A stretch of DNA of 64,000 bases from an uncultured virus (IMG/VR IMGVR_UViG_3300033072_000946) (lineage: Duplodnaviria; Heunggongvirae; Uroviricota; Caudoviricetes): IMG/VR virus record IMGVR_UViG_3300033072_000946. One strand, written 5' to 3'. A model generated the notes under the pieces. The model was given only the letters and a program-made list of their open reading frames with translations, did not search any database and was not told the DNA's origin. The translations under genes and the position numbers were made by a program. How positions within the stretch are numbered: position 1 is the stretch's first letter; every line of letters starts with the position of its first letter. Below, in pieces: positions 46,454 through 56,568 of the stretch.

Positions 46454-47478
46454 TAGCTCACGACCTCCACGCCGATCTCAGCGGCGTTGATGCCACCCTG
46501 CGTCCACGCCGACGACGTCGAGGGATCGGTGTAGAACGTCCCCATCCGGTGCCACACGTAGTCGGTCTGGAGAGACTTGGTGTCGCCGTCGGCAGTCGAC
46601 GAGCTGCGCCGTGCGTAGGCGCGCATCGTCTTCACGCCCGCGTCCGACTTGCGCGCGAGCACGCGCGCCACCAGGGCGTGGATTGTCGTGGGATTGGGCC
46701 CGAGGTTCTCGACAGCGAAGCTCTCCTTCGTCGTCGCGGCGCTCGCCGAGATGTAGGTGGAGTCATCGTCGGGAGCACCGAGCGTATCGTCCACGTCCGT
46801 GTCGTCGCCGGTCCAGCCACTGTCAGTGCCCACGCCGTTGACGCGCAGCGTGTTAATGCGGCAGTCGCCGGGATAGCCCGTCATCGACGAGCCCTGGTTG
46901 TCATTGATGATGACGTCGTCGATCCAGGCGTTACCGTTGGAGCCGGAGAAGCCGATCGCCGCGAGACCGCTGTCGGCGTCGTGCGTGTCGATGTTGGAGG
47001 CGGAGGTGAGCACCACGTTGCCGTCGACACGAACCTCGATCTCGCCGGTCGTCGCGTTGGTGCCGGTGGTGACCTTGCACTCGACCCAATGCCAGACGTT
47101 GGCGGTGAGCGGGTTGCCTGACGACGTACCGACGCCCGTGCCGTTGCCGTCGAGCGCGGTGATGTCACCCGTCGTGTTGTGTCTGAGCGCGAAGAGCTGG
47201 TTGCCGCCCACGGTGATGCCGCGCAGGAACAAGTCGGTCGCGCCACCACCACCGTCGTGTTTGTAGGCCCAGCCGATGTAGCAGACGTGCCCGCGTGTCA
47301 TCGTCGCCGGGAGCGCGATGTAGGCGTAGTTCGCTTGCAGGGTGTTGACGAGACAGCCGCCGCCGAACCGACCGAGCGACGACGAGAACGAGATGCCTGA
47401 CGCCGTGTTCCAGCCCGCGCCGTTGAGGCGCGAGAGGTTGGCGTAGAGATCGAAGCCGTCAGCGACCAGGAGACTCAT
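46453..47478 (-). CDS. Tail-associated beta-sandwich (LamG-like) protein, paralog A
   Basis: MSLLVADGFD, WHWVECKV..VRVDG, PGDCR, DPSTSSAW..AEIGV. Confidence 0.75.
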   Translation of the reverse strand: MSLLVADGFDLYANLSRLNGAGWNTASGISFSSSLGRFGGGCLVNTLQANYAYIALPATMTRGHVCYIGWAYKHDGGGGATDLFLRGITVGGNQLFALRHNTTGDITALDGNGTGVGTSSGNPLTANVWHWVECKVTTGTNATTGEIEVRVDGNVVLTSASNIDTHDADSGLAAIGFSGSNGNAWIDDVIINDNQGSSMTGYPGDCRINTLRVNGVGTDSGWTGDDTDVDDTLGAPDDDSTYISASAATTKESFAVENLGPNPTTIHALVARVLARKSDAGVKTMRAYARRSSSTADGDTKSLQTDYVWHRMGTFYTDPSTSSAWTQGGINAAEIGVEVVS

Positions 47479-47810
47479 GTGACTGAATTCCTCAGGAAGG
47501 CGTCTTCGAGAGTGCTCATCAAGCTCTCGAAGTAGTTGAAGGACGGCTGACGCCCCGCGCCCGCTTGCTCGATGCTGTGAGACAGTAGCGCAAAGTCCTT
47601 GGCGAACTTCGGGTCGTGATACCTGAGATCCGTCCACAGTTGCGCCGCGTGCCGCCTGCCGCATTTCGTGGGACGGCCTCCGACTGGGAAAGGCCCGACT
47701 GTCACCTCTGGCGTCTTCACAGCGGGCGGCACCCACTTCCCCTCGGAGAACGTGTGACCGTTCTCCAGGAGATAGTTCACCGCTGCCACGCGCATCTTGT
47801 CGATCGACAT
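47475..47810 (-). CDS. Hypothetical protein
   Basis: Coupled ORF MSIDKMRVAAVNYLL. Confidence 0.55.
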   Translation of the reverse strand: MSIDKMRVAAVNYLLENGHTFSEGKWVPPAVKTPEVTVGPFPVGGRPTKCGRRHAAQLWTDLRYHDPKFAKDFALLSHSIEQAGAGRQPSFNYFESLMSTLEDAFLRNSVT

Positions 47811-48019
47811 CAGAGCCCCACGCCGAACCAAATCAGGATGCCGTGGATGACACCGACCGGCGGGATGAAGACGCCGAGCGCGCCGAGGACCATCTGCCCG
47901 ACCGTCGCCGGAGGCGTGGACGAAGCGAGCGTCATGATGATCCAGATCACGTGCGTGACCCACGCGGCGAAGCCGGTGATGAAGGCGAAGAAAGCCGTGA
48001 CAGTCCAACCGTTGATCAT
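47810..48019 (-). CDS. Small two-TM membrane protein
   Basis: AAWVTHVIW...GALGVFIPPVGVIHG. Confidence 0.65.
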   Translation of the reverse strand: MINGWTVTAFFAFITGFAAWVTHVIWIIMTLASSTPPATVGQMVLGALGVFIPPVGVIHGILIWFGVGL

Positions 48020-48765
48020 TAGAGAGCCCTTGAACCCGCGAACATGATCCCGATATTCGCCAGCGTCGCGTCCGCTGGCGAAGGTGCGTTCAACGTCAGG
48101 CGGTCACCCGCCGCGACGCTGATGGCGGAGCACGTGCAGGAGAAGACGCCGCCCGTGCTGATGTTGATGGTCGCGACCGGGGACCCGTTCTTGGACAGGG
48201 TCAGTGCCGCAGTCGAAGTGGGATTGGCGCCGACGTGCCCACGGAAGCCAGCGAGGTTCGCGGCAAGATCGAATGCACGGACGGCGACGAGCTTCATGAT
48301 CTCCAGATTGTCCGTAGGAAGCCCGTTGAAGTAGGTCCCGAAGTCGTAGGACCCAGTCGGGGATGCAGACAACGCCAGGAGATACATATCCTGGTAGTTC
48401 TGCCAGATCAGGCCTTGCTTGCCCGGGAGAAGCGCGACCGTTGCGCCCGAGCCCGACGACGCCTTCACCGTAGCGGTGTAGGTCGTGTCCTCGTTGCGGA
48501 CGGCGAACACGCGCTTGGCGTTGTTGCCGCCGATCGTGGCGGGCAGCGTGATGTCGAAGTTCGCGGACGCACCCGAGGCGCGGAACACCGCGTTGCGGGT
48601 CGCCTGCGCTTCCGTGAGCGCCCACGGACCCGCGCCGATCGACGTGTTCGCGAGACCGGCGTTCCCAGCCTGCTCCAACGCCTGGATGGCGTTGTTGATC
48701 GTGATCGTCTTGTTGTTCTGGGTGTCGCCGACTTCGGGGATGCCCAGAATGGGTGTGTCGCTCAT
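48019..48765 (-). CDS. Tail fibre-associated protein (DUF2793-like N-terminus)
   Basis: TPILGIPEV..QNNKTITINNAI..LE. Confidence 0.7.
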   Translation of the reverse strand: MSDTPILGIPEVGDTQNNKTITINNAIQALEQAGNAGLANTSIGAGPWALTEAQATRNAVFRASGASANFDITLPATIGGNNAKRVFAVRNEDTTYTATVKASSGSGATVALLPGKQGLIWQNYQDMYLLALSASPTGSYDFGTYFNGLPTDNLEIMKLVAVRAFDLAANLAGFRGHVGANPTSTAALTLSKNGSPVATINISTGGVFSCTCSAISVAAGDRLTLNAPSPADATLANIGIMFAGSRAL

Positions 48766-48797
48766 TCTCGTTACCTCAGGTCACGCCGATCGGCACG

Positions 48798-51700
48798 TTA
48801 AGTCTTAGGAGGGATCGCGAACTGACGCGTCACGCCGTACTGCTCTCCGATAACCGATCCTGAGTGAGCCAAACTCACATACAGGGTGTCAGTGGTCCTG
48901 TCAAACCCGTCAGCGGTCTGTGTCGCGTCGTCGTAAACGTAGGTGTTGGTCGTCAGCGTCAGCTTACGGAGATACGTGGTCTGGTCGGAGTAATCGAACG
49001 TCGTCGGGTCCGTGTAGAGGTACATCGTGTACTCTTCCGGCTCCGTCTCCACCCAGCCCTCCGGACCATCGTCGGGCAACTCGTTTCCGTAACGCGACCG
49101 ACGCTGCCACGACATGGTGAGATCGGTCGAGCCGTACACGGCGTTCCAATCCGTGACCGCGCGGGGGCGCAGGTTGAGACCGATCCACTGAGAGATCGGC
49201 TTCGACTGATACGGATTGTTCGATCCGGTGACCGTGAGCTGCACGACCTTCGTGGTGGTGTCACCACGGTTGATCTGGCTGACGACGATCGACGTGGTGT
49301 CGAACTGTCCTGTCGCGTCAGAGAGAAGTACGAACGGCTCGCCCGAGATGTGATTGTTGACGGTCGGCTCGGTTCCGAACTTCGCGCGGTTGATGTTGGT
49401 GAGCTTGTACCGTCCGTCCCCGAGATCGGTGACAGTCTGGAACTGGATCAACTCGCGCCCGACGTAGGCGAGGTTGATCGAGGCGTCGTCGATCATCGCC
49501 GCGAGAGACGGCGCACTCGCGAGTGTGATTGGACCCGTGTTGACGAGCTGGATGATCAGCTCGCTCGCGAAGTCAGTCGACGACCATGCGGTGGTCGGGT
49601 TCAACGGCGTCTCGACCACACCCCACGTCGGGAACGTCTTCGGCGCCGCGACGACGCGCTTCTCTACGCCGTTGTCGATATCGATGACGAGACCACCCGA
49701 CGGCGGCGTCAGCGACCGACGGTTCAACAGCGCCAGGAAGATCAGGTAGGTCTGCGACGTCGCCGAGATCTCGCCGTCCGTACGCCCCGGGATGTGAAGG
49801 ACGATCGGGTCGACGCGCGGAGTAGGCGGGTTCAACTGATCGGTCTGGTAGCGGCCGGTCGCGCCGAACAGATTGACGGTGTCATTGTAGATGTCGGGGT
49901 CTTCACGGGACGCCGTGATCTTGACGTTGCGGTCGTTGCCCAGCTCGACGGTGCGGATACGCATGACCGCGTCGTCGGAACCGTCCTCGGTGATCGTGAT
50001 CACATCGGACGGATCGAGCCTCAGATGTTTGGGAGCGGCAGTGAACTCGTACTGCTCCAGATAGGTCAGCTTCGCGTAGAGCAGGATCTCCGCGAGAGAC
50101 TTGGCCTTCTGAGCATCGAGAACGATCGGCACCGTGACGTCGATGGCGGCGTCACTGTCGAACTGCGTCTCCTCGTACTTCGGGAGGTTGACGTTTTGGA
50201 CGTTGTTGTCGTAGTCGCGTTCGATGTCCCGGTAGGTGAGATTGATCTTACGCGTGCCGACGAAGTCCTCGACCTTGGTCGCTTGCAACCAACCGTTCTC
50301 GTCCGTTTGGCGAAGGTCCGATGTCGGGATCTCCTCGACCGAAGCGGAGCCGCGCGAGCGGTAGTTGATGCGCCCGTCGGTCTCGATGATGTCGAACTTG
50401 AACACCTGCGCGAGTTCGCTGAAGATCGTGCGCAGCGACTTGCGGTTGTTGATCGTGTAGCCGTCGAGCGTGAGAGCTTGGAGATCGTCGACCACCAGGA
50501 GATCGGAAGAGATGCCGACACGCTGGAGAAGGTTGGTCACGATCGAGGAGACGGCGACGTTGGAGCGCGACAGGCGCTTCAAAAACACCTTGGTCAGCCG
50601 CTTTCCGGTCGTGGTGGTCAACCACGTGAGACTGTTCTCCGCGCCGTTGTAATACGTCATCGCGCTCAGCGCCGTGTTGAGCTGCTGCGCCGTGAAGTCG
50701 TCCAGTACCAGCTCCATGTCGCCGGTCGTGGTATCGAGCTGCCAGAGTTTGTTATTGGTAGCATAGACGCCGAGCTTCCCATCCACGATGTCTGCGTTGT
50801 GTACGTGAGGGACGATCGTCCAGCGTGTCGACAGGCCCTTCTTCCACACGACGTCGCCAGTGAAGGGCGACCACTTCACAATCAGGTCCGGAGAGCGCTG
50901 GCTGTCGATGTAGAGGATGAAGCAGTTGTCGCTCGGGTCCAGTGTCGCCCACTTTACCGTGTGCGTGTAGCCGGAGCCGTTCAACTGATCATACGGGATG
51001 CCGTCCGTCATCTCCGTGAGTGTCGGACTGAGTAGGGACGCTGCCGTCGTATTGTCGTTCAGTGTCACACGCTGGACGGCGATCTTATCCTTGTCGGTCG
51101 ATGACCAGGAGAAGATGAAGACGTGTGTTCCCGCCGTCGACCCGCCATCCGCGAACTCGGGAACCGACTGCTCGAAGGCGTCACCGATAACTGCGGAACA
51201 GATGATATGATTGATGTACGTGATCTGATTGTTGATCGTCGAGCGGAACTTGACCTGGTTGTTGGTGTCGATCGTCGCGAACCCGATCGACTTGTTGACC
51301 GAGCCTGTCACCACCAAGACAGGCGCCGGCGTGTTGTAGTACGGGCTCACGCCAGGAACGATCGTGACGAATTTGGGGGCGCCGAAGCCCGACGAGTTGT
51401 GCGCGGTCAGCGTTCCGCCGGGGCCGAACGTACAGTCGATTGTCCCAGTCTCGGCGTTGATGATGCGGACGATGCCCTGGTTGCCGTCCTGAGACGCCAT
51501 CACGATGTGACCCTGTGGGGTCAACACGCCGCGCGAGTTGTTGAACTCGGTCTGATTGATGTTGTGTCGCGTCACGATTTCAAGTTGGCGGATCTCTTCG
51601 AGCGTGTTGCCATCGATCAGGATGAAGCCGCGCTTAGAGTTGTCCGCCGTGTCACGTCCGCGCACCACGAAGTAGTCGTAGTTCGGGTCGTACAGAAGCC

Positions 51701-52565
51701 AGTTGGCGTCGATGACGGCGTCGAACTTCTGCTTCGGAGACGGGAGATCCCAGTAGAGACGCGGGTAGAGACCGACCGTGTTCGACAACACTTCGACCGT
51801 GATTGGAGGTACGGTCTTATCGGCGATGAAGTTCTCGAAGAGGATGTAGGACAACCCGCGATACGCGGGTGTCAGCTCGTATCCCTCCTCGTCCGCCATC
51901 ACACCCTCGGGGAGTTGCGTCTCCGAGCCGTTGAAGATGGTGACCTTCGTGATGCGCTCCGCGTCGGACAGCGATCGCAGTGGGCTGTCCGCCGACGTGA
52001 GGTCGACTTGTGCTCCACCGATGAAGCCGTCCGCGTTCGGTTGCGCCACCCCGTTAGCGTCCACCTCCACGGTGTTGTTGATGATCAGGTCATCACCGAT
52101 CCACACACGCAGCACCGCCTGCACTTCGCCTTCGCAGAAGCCGATGGCGAAGTTGCAATATTTATAGGTGTAGACCTTGTCGGTCGTGAACGAGCCTTCC
52201 TTGAACCCGGAAGACCAGAACACGTTGCCACCCAGCCGGTCCGCGCCGAACACGATCGGGATGAACTTAGCGTACTGTGAGACTGAGAACTGGATGCTGC
52301 CATTCAGGACCGACGAGGAACCGTAATCCCGAGACAGGCTGTCCGTCGTGTCAGAGTCGTCGTCATCTGCTGTCGACGTCTTCGGCTTCTGGTTGTTGTA
52401 TCTTCCGTCGTGGGCAAGGTCCGGCTTACCGACGCTGAACTTCGCGCAGCACATCACGCAGACGGCTTCGCACAACGTCGCGCCGAACCATCCCGTACCT
52501 GCGCCGGGGCAGCACTCTTCGACCGACTTCGGCCCCTCGATCTGCGTCAGTCCGTTGAAGCTCAT
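48798..52565 (-). CDS. Tail tip / host-specificity protein (Phage-tail_3-like)
   Basis: IPIVFG..RLGGNVFW, FCEGEV..V.RVW, PAYRGLSYI.FE, ELIQF, RAKFGT, WQRRSR. Confidence 0.88.
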   Translation of the reverse strand: MSFNGLTQIEGPKSVEECCPGAGTGWFGATLCEAVCVMCCAKFSVGKPDLAHDGRYNNQKPKTSTADDDDSDTTDSLSRDYGSSSVLNGSIQFSVSQYAKFIPIVFGADRLGGNVFWSSGFKEGSFTTDKVYTYKYCNFAIGFCEGEVQAVLRVWIGDDLIINNTVEVDANGVAQPNADGFIGGAQVDLTSADSPLRSLSDAERITKVTIFNGSETQLPEGVMADEEGYELTPAYRGLSYILFENFIADKTVPPITVEVLSNTVGLYPRLYWDLPSPKQKFDAVIDANWLLYDPNYDYFVVRGRDTADNSKRGFILIDGNTLEEIRQLEIVTRHNINQTEFNNSRGVLTPQGHIVMASQDGNQGIVRIINAETGTIDCTFGPGGTLTAHNSSGFGAPKFVTIVPGVSPYYNTPAPVLVVTGSVNKSIGFATIDTNNQVKFRSTINNQITYINHIICSAVIGDAFEQSVPEFADGGSTAGTHVFIFSWSSTDKDKIAVQRVTLNDNTTAASLLSPTLTEMTDGIPYDQLNGSGYTHTVKWATLDPSDNCFILYIDSQRSPDLIVKWSPFTGDVVWKKGLSTRWTIVPHVHNADIVDGKLGVYATNNKLWQLDTTTGDMELVLDDFTAQQLNTALSAMTYYNGAENSLTWLTTTTGKRLTKVFLKRLSRSNVAVSSIVTNLLQRVGISSDLLVVDDLQALTLDGYTINNRKSLRTIFSELAQVFKFDIIETDGRINYRSRGSASVEEIPTSDLRQTDENGWLQATKVEDFVGTRKINLTYRDIERDYDNNVQNVNLPKYEETQFDSDAAIDVTVPIVLDAQKAKSLAEILLYAKLTYLEQYEFTAAPKHLRLDPSDVITITEDGSDDAVMRIRTVELGNDRNVKITASREDPDIYNDTVNLFGATGRYQTDQLNPPTPRVDPIVLHIPGRTDGEISATSQTYLIFLALLNRRSLTPPSGGLVIDIDNGVEKRVVAAPKTFPTWGVVETPLNPTTAWSSTDFASELIIQLVNTGPITLASAPSLAAMIDDASINLAYVGRELIQFQTVTDLGDGRYKLTNINRAKFGTEPTVNNHISGEPFVLLSDATGQFDTTSIVVSQINRGDTTTKVVQLTVTGSNNPYQSKPISQWIGLNLRPRAVTDWNAVYGSTDLTMSWQRRSRYGNELPDDGPEGWVETEPEEYTMYLYTDPTTFDYSDQTTYLRKLTLTTNTYVYDDATQTADGFDRTTDTLYVSLAHSGSVIGEQYGVTRQFAIPPKT

Positions 52566-55500
52566 TACGCCACTCGCTTCGTGGGGTCATCGACCACGGT
52601 GTCGCCGCCGAGCTTCGACACAGCCGCGCGAAGCTCCGCCTCCAACTGCTGCGCGATCTGCTTAGACGATTGGCGGAAACTGTCAGCGTCCTTGGCGACA
52701 ACCGTCATCTCGACTTTGATCACGTTCGTCTGGCTGCTGCCACCAGCCTCGTAGCCCGCCGGTATGCCGTCCGGGAAAACGACCGGAACAGAACGACCAT
52801 CAGGCAGCGGGATGACCGCCTCGTTCGGGTGCAGGATCGCGAAGAAGCCGCCGCCCTGGAGCATGCGCTTCTCTTCTGCCGACGTGTTTGGCGTACCTTC
52901 CTCGTACTGCGGAAGACCCCGCGCGTCGCGCCACAGGTTCGGAGAGCCGAGCCGTCCGCCAGCGTTCGCGATCCTCTCCCACTGTCCAGTCTCTTTGTTC
53001 AGGCCGTAACTCACTTGGTCGCCATAGCCGAAAGTCTGAGAGTATTTGGACTCTCTTTCACCACCGCCGATGGCGTTGAAGCCAGCACGGCGGTATCCGC
53101 GCTTGTCAGCAGGCCGAGACGTCGCGGAACCGTTGGTTGCAACGTTCCCGGTCTGAGACGAGGACGATGACGACGGCGTTGAAGACGAGCTGGAGCTGGC
53201 GCTGCTGATCGCGCTTGAAATCGAGGACGACAGCGAAGACAAGCCGTCGCTGAAGGCCTGACTGAGCGCAGTAGTGCTGGCATTGACCGCCTTCGTGATG
53301 TCGTCGAACTTGGTCGCCTGGGCAGAGAGCAGCGTCACCGTCTGCTGCGAGTAGTCGTTCTCCAACAGCATCGCCGAGCGCATCACACCCAGATGATCGA
53401 TCATCTGCTGCGCGTACTGGTCCGACTTCGCCCAGTGTTCCGTCGAGAGCTGCGTGAAGAGATCGAAGGACTCCCACACGCGATAGATCTCGCTCTTGAT
53501 CTCCGTCTGGAGAACGAAGTCGAGCTGCGCGAGCGACAACAACTCGGTCAGCACGAGGCCGATCGCGTTACCACCACCGCCGGAAGCGGGCCCGCCGGAC
53601 GTCGCGATCGGGATCTCACCACCGCCGGTCAGCGGAACGACAGCCTCGTTGCTGTGGAGGATCGCGGGGATACCGCCGCCCGCGACTGATGCCGACAGAG
53701 AGTTGGTCGACGGGGTGCCTTGTGCGAAGCTCGGCGCATTCGCGAACGCGCTGATCGGAACAGACCGCAGGCGACCCGTCCCGAGGTGAGAGATACCGCC
53801 GCCGGAATACTCACTCGTCGTGACTTCTCCGCCGCTGACTTCACCACCCCCGCTCTGCGCTTTCTTGGCTGCAGCCGCAGCCGCAGCCAGACGGCGATAG
53901 GCAGCCGCCAGCGCGTCGATCTGTCCAATCGCCTGTCCCGCCGCTGTCGCCGACGCGGAGATGCCGCCCGCGAGCTGCTGCGTGGCCGTTGCCGCAGGCG
54001 ACGCGGTCTTGTTCAAGTTGCCCATGTTGGTCGCGAGCTGGTCGGTCGGCGTCACCGCCTCTCCGGCCTTGTCCGCGATCGAGCCCGTACTGGTGGCTGC
54101 ACTGTTGAGGCCGGTCGACGCCTTCTGCGACTCCGTCCCGGCCTTCGTGATGATGCCAGCGAACCGGTTGCCGCTGTCCGCCGCCGAGCCTAGATGCTCG
54201 TCGAGACTGGTGCCCTTCTCGTCGAGCTTCGTCATGCCGAAGCTCGCTTCGGTCGAAGACGACGCCACCATCCCGAGCATCGTGTCGAGGTTGCTGGAGC
54301 TGGCACCGAGTGCGTCGATACCCGCCTCCAACTGCGGAGACACCGCAGCGGTCGCCGTGATCTTCTCACCGAGCGTCTGAACGGCAGTGCCCGCTGTACT
54401 GAAGCTAGAGGCAGAAGTGCTGGCAACAGCGGCCGTCGACTGAACGGAGCCTTTGAGGCGCTCCAGCGCAGCGTAATACTGGTCGACCTTCTGATTATAG
54501 GTCGAGTCACTCATGAGCCCGAGCGCGTTGAGTAGCCCGTAGAGGGAGATCTTCGCGTCCTCGATGACCTTCCCCCAGCCGCCCATCGCCTGTGCGAGAT
54601 AGTTCAGCCCACCGACAACGGTGCCGAGGAGGATAGGCCAGGGACCCATCGCCTTGATGAGAACACCGACAGCCGTCGCGGCAGTCCCCAGCCACGCGCT
54701 GACCGGGATCTGGATCAGCGACCCGAGAGCAACCGAGACGCCCATCAGCGCAGACGAGAAGATGTCCCAGTTCTGCCCGACCGTGCCGATGATGCTCGCC
54801 ATGGTCCCGAAGACCGTGCCGATCCCCGTACCGATACTGGCAATCGCCTCACCGAACGGCGTCAGGTTTCCGGTGAACTTCTCGACCGTCTGTCCGGTCG
54901 AGTCCGTCTCCGTGCGAACCTCCATGAAGGCACGCGTCAGCGTCCGCAGGCCCTGAAGCATCGCTTCGCCCACGTTCTTACCGAACTCGGCCTGCAGGAT
55001 CTCAAGACCGGTGCGCAACTGGTTCATCGCACCGATCGGTGTCTTCAACGCTTCCTCGACCGTCTTGCCGTACTTCGACTTCAAGACTTCAGCCATCTTC
55101 AACAGCTCAGCTACGCCGAGCTGTCCGGCCTCCATCATCTTGAAGATCTCAGCAGACGTCTTTCCGGTCGCTTCCTCCATGATCCGCATCGCCGGGATGA
55201 CACCGTCACCCAACTGCTGCGTGAATTCTTCCGCCGTGATCTTGCCCTTGTTGATCATCTGCGTCAGGGCGCGGAAGGTACGCGCGCTCTGATCTGAGCT
55301 TGCGCCGAGCGCAGACAGCGCCGTCGAGAAGCCCTCGAAGATCTGCTTCGCCTGCTCTGCTCCACCCTCCTTGCCTTGGAAAGCCTGCATGAGGCTCTGG
55401 TAGCCTTTCAGTGCCTCGCCCAGCGGGATGCCGAGGTTGATCGCAGCCGACTTGACGTACGCCAACTCCTGCGCCGCCACCTGTCCCGAACCAGTGATGC

Positions 55501-56161
55501 CGGTGAGCTGGTTCACGAACTGCGTAACAGCGCGCGAGGCCTCCCAAGACGACGAGATGAACTGAGCGAGGCCGACGCCACCCAACGAGATGCCGAAGCC
55601 CGCCGCGAGACCGCTCGCCGTCGAGAACGCGTTGCCGAGACCCCAGACGCTCTTGGAAGCCGACTGGGCCGCCGTGCTGACACCCGTGACCTGTGAGACG
55701 GTGTTGGTGAGGTTGGGAGCCTGTACGCCTTTCAGCGCCGACGAGAGAGCGTTGGCGCCGCTCGCCGCCGTGGACATCGCTTGCCCCATGGCGGTGAGGC
55801 TGGAGGAAACCGAACTGAGCCCCGGCGGGATCTTGATGCTGCCAAGACCCGTCGCAAGCTGCTGAACGCGGCTGACGAGGGTGTCGATCCTCACCGCGCT
55901 CAGTCCCTTCAATTGCGTCGCAATCGTAGAGATACTGTTCGTCGATTGGCCCAGCTTATCGAGGGCCGACCCGAGCTGCGTGAGACCATCAATCGAAGAC
56001 TGCGGAAGCCCCTGGAAGCCAGCGATCGTGGAGAGGGTCTTTTCGAGGCCGCTGTTCTTCGGCATCCCCTCCAGTGCGGTCTTCAGGGTCGCGAGATTGT
56101 CGTTGATCTCTTTGATCGCCTTGGCAGCATTGCCAGTATTGATGACAAGATCCAACGACAT
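52565..56161 (-). CDS. Tape measure protein
   Basis: ALTQMINKGKITAEEFTQQLGD; Ala/Ser/Gly-rich; two AILH.NEAV.PL motifs. Confidence 0.92.
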   Translation of the reverse strand: MSLDLVINTGNAAKAIKEINDNLATLKTALEGMPKNSGLEKTLSTIAGFQGLPQSSIDGLTQLGSALDKLGQSTNSISTIATQLKGLSAVRIDTLVSRVQQLATGLGSIKIPPGLSSVSSSLTAMGQAMSTAASGANALSSALKGVQAPNLTNTVSQVTGVSTAAQSASKSVWGLGNAFSTASGLAAGFGISLGGVGLAQFISSSWEASRAVTQFVNQLTGITGSGQVAAQELAYVKSAAINLGIPLGEALKGYQSLMQAFQGKEGGAEQAKQIFEGFSTALSALGASSDQSARTFRALTQMINKGKITAEEFTQQLGDGVIPAMRIMEEATGKTSAEIFKMMEAGQLGVAELLKMAEVLKSKYGKTVEEALKTPIGAMNQLRTGLEILQAEFGKNVGEAMLQGLRTLTRAFMEVRTETDSTGQTVEKFTGNLTPFGEAIASIGTGIGTVFGTMASIIGTVGQNWDIFSSALMGVSVALGSLIQIPVSAWLGTAATAVGVLIKAMGPWPILLGTVVGGLNYLAQAMGGWGKVIEDAKISLYGLLNALGLMSDSTYNQKVDQYYAALERLKGSVQSTAAVASTSASSFSTAGTAVQTLGEKITATAAVSPQLEAGIDALGASSSNLDTMLGMVASSSTEASFGMTKLDEKGTSLDEHLGSAADSGNRFAGIITKAGTESQKASTGLNSAATSTGSIADKAGEAVTPTDQLATNMGNLNKTASPAATATQQLAGGISASATAAGQAIGQIDALAAAYRRLAAAAAAAKKAQSGGGEVSGGEVTTSEYSGGGISHLGTGRLRSVPISAFANAPSFAQGTPSTNSLSASVAGGGIPAILHSNEAVVPLTGGGEIPIATSGGPASGGGGNAIGLVLTELLSLAQLDFVLQTEIKSEIYRVWESFDLFTQLSTEHWAKSDQYAQQMIDHLGVMRSAMLLENDYSQQTVTLLSAQATKFDDITKAVNASTTALSQAFSDGLSSLSSSISSAISSASSSSSSTPSSSSSSQTGNVATNGSATSRPADKRGYRRAGFNAIGGGERESKYSQTFGYGDQVSYGLNKETGQWERIANAGGRLGSPNLWRDARGLPQYEEGTPNTSAEEKRMLQGGGFFAILHPNEAVIPLPDGRSVPVVFPDGIPAGYEAGGSSQTNVIKVEMTVVAKDADSFRQSSKQIAQQLEAELRAAVSKLGGDTVVDDPTKRVA

Positions 56162-56163
56162 TC

Positions 56164-56568
56164 TCAGCGCCTCCGGCGTCTACTCTGCTGGCGCTGGCGC
56201 GACCGCTGCGCCTGCTCCTGTTTCTTCCGCGCGTTAGCGGCTTCCCGCTCCCACGTCTCGATGTAGAACTTGTCGAGAGCGCCGATCACGCCCAACAACA
56301 AGTCATGGTCGGACGAACCGAACAGCCCGAGATACGACGCGTAGGCGTTGATCTCGGTGATCTGGATCGGTTGTGGTTGCGGGTAGCGCTGTCGGCGAGA
56401 GGCAAGCTCCTGCCACGCAACCCACAACCACTCCGTCCCCGGGATCAACTGCGGGAGATCGAGCATCGGGGTCGGATTGCCCGCCGCCCGCAGTTTCTCC
56501 AGGTTCGCGAGCTTCTCCGCACTGAGCTTGTGTTTCGTCCAGTGCTGGAGAAGGCTCAGGAGTTTCCC
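56164..56568 (-). CDS. Tail assembly chaperone GT (-1 frameshift extension)
   Basis: The -1 frame is open from GGGAAAC through KLLSLLQHW...MLDLPQ to the stop at 56164. Confidence 0.85.
   Translation of the reverse strand, partial: GKLLSLLQHWTKHKLSAEKLANLEKLRAAGNPTPMLDLPQLIPGTEWLWVAWQELASRRQRYPQPQPIQITEINAYASYLGLFGSSDHDLLLGVIGALDKFYIETWEREAANARKKQEQAQRSRQRQQSRRRRR

Noticed and set aside
45131..47478. Possible diversity-generating retroelement (similar C-termini in tail paralogs)
   Set aside because: No reverse transcriptase in the window and no near-identical TR/VR pair differing at adenines.
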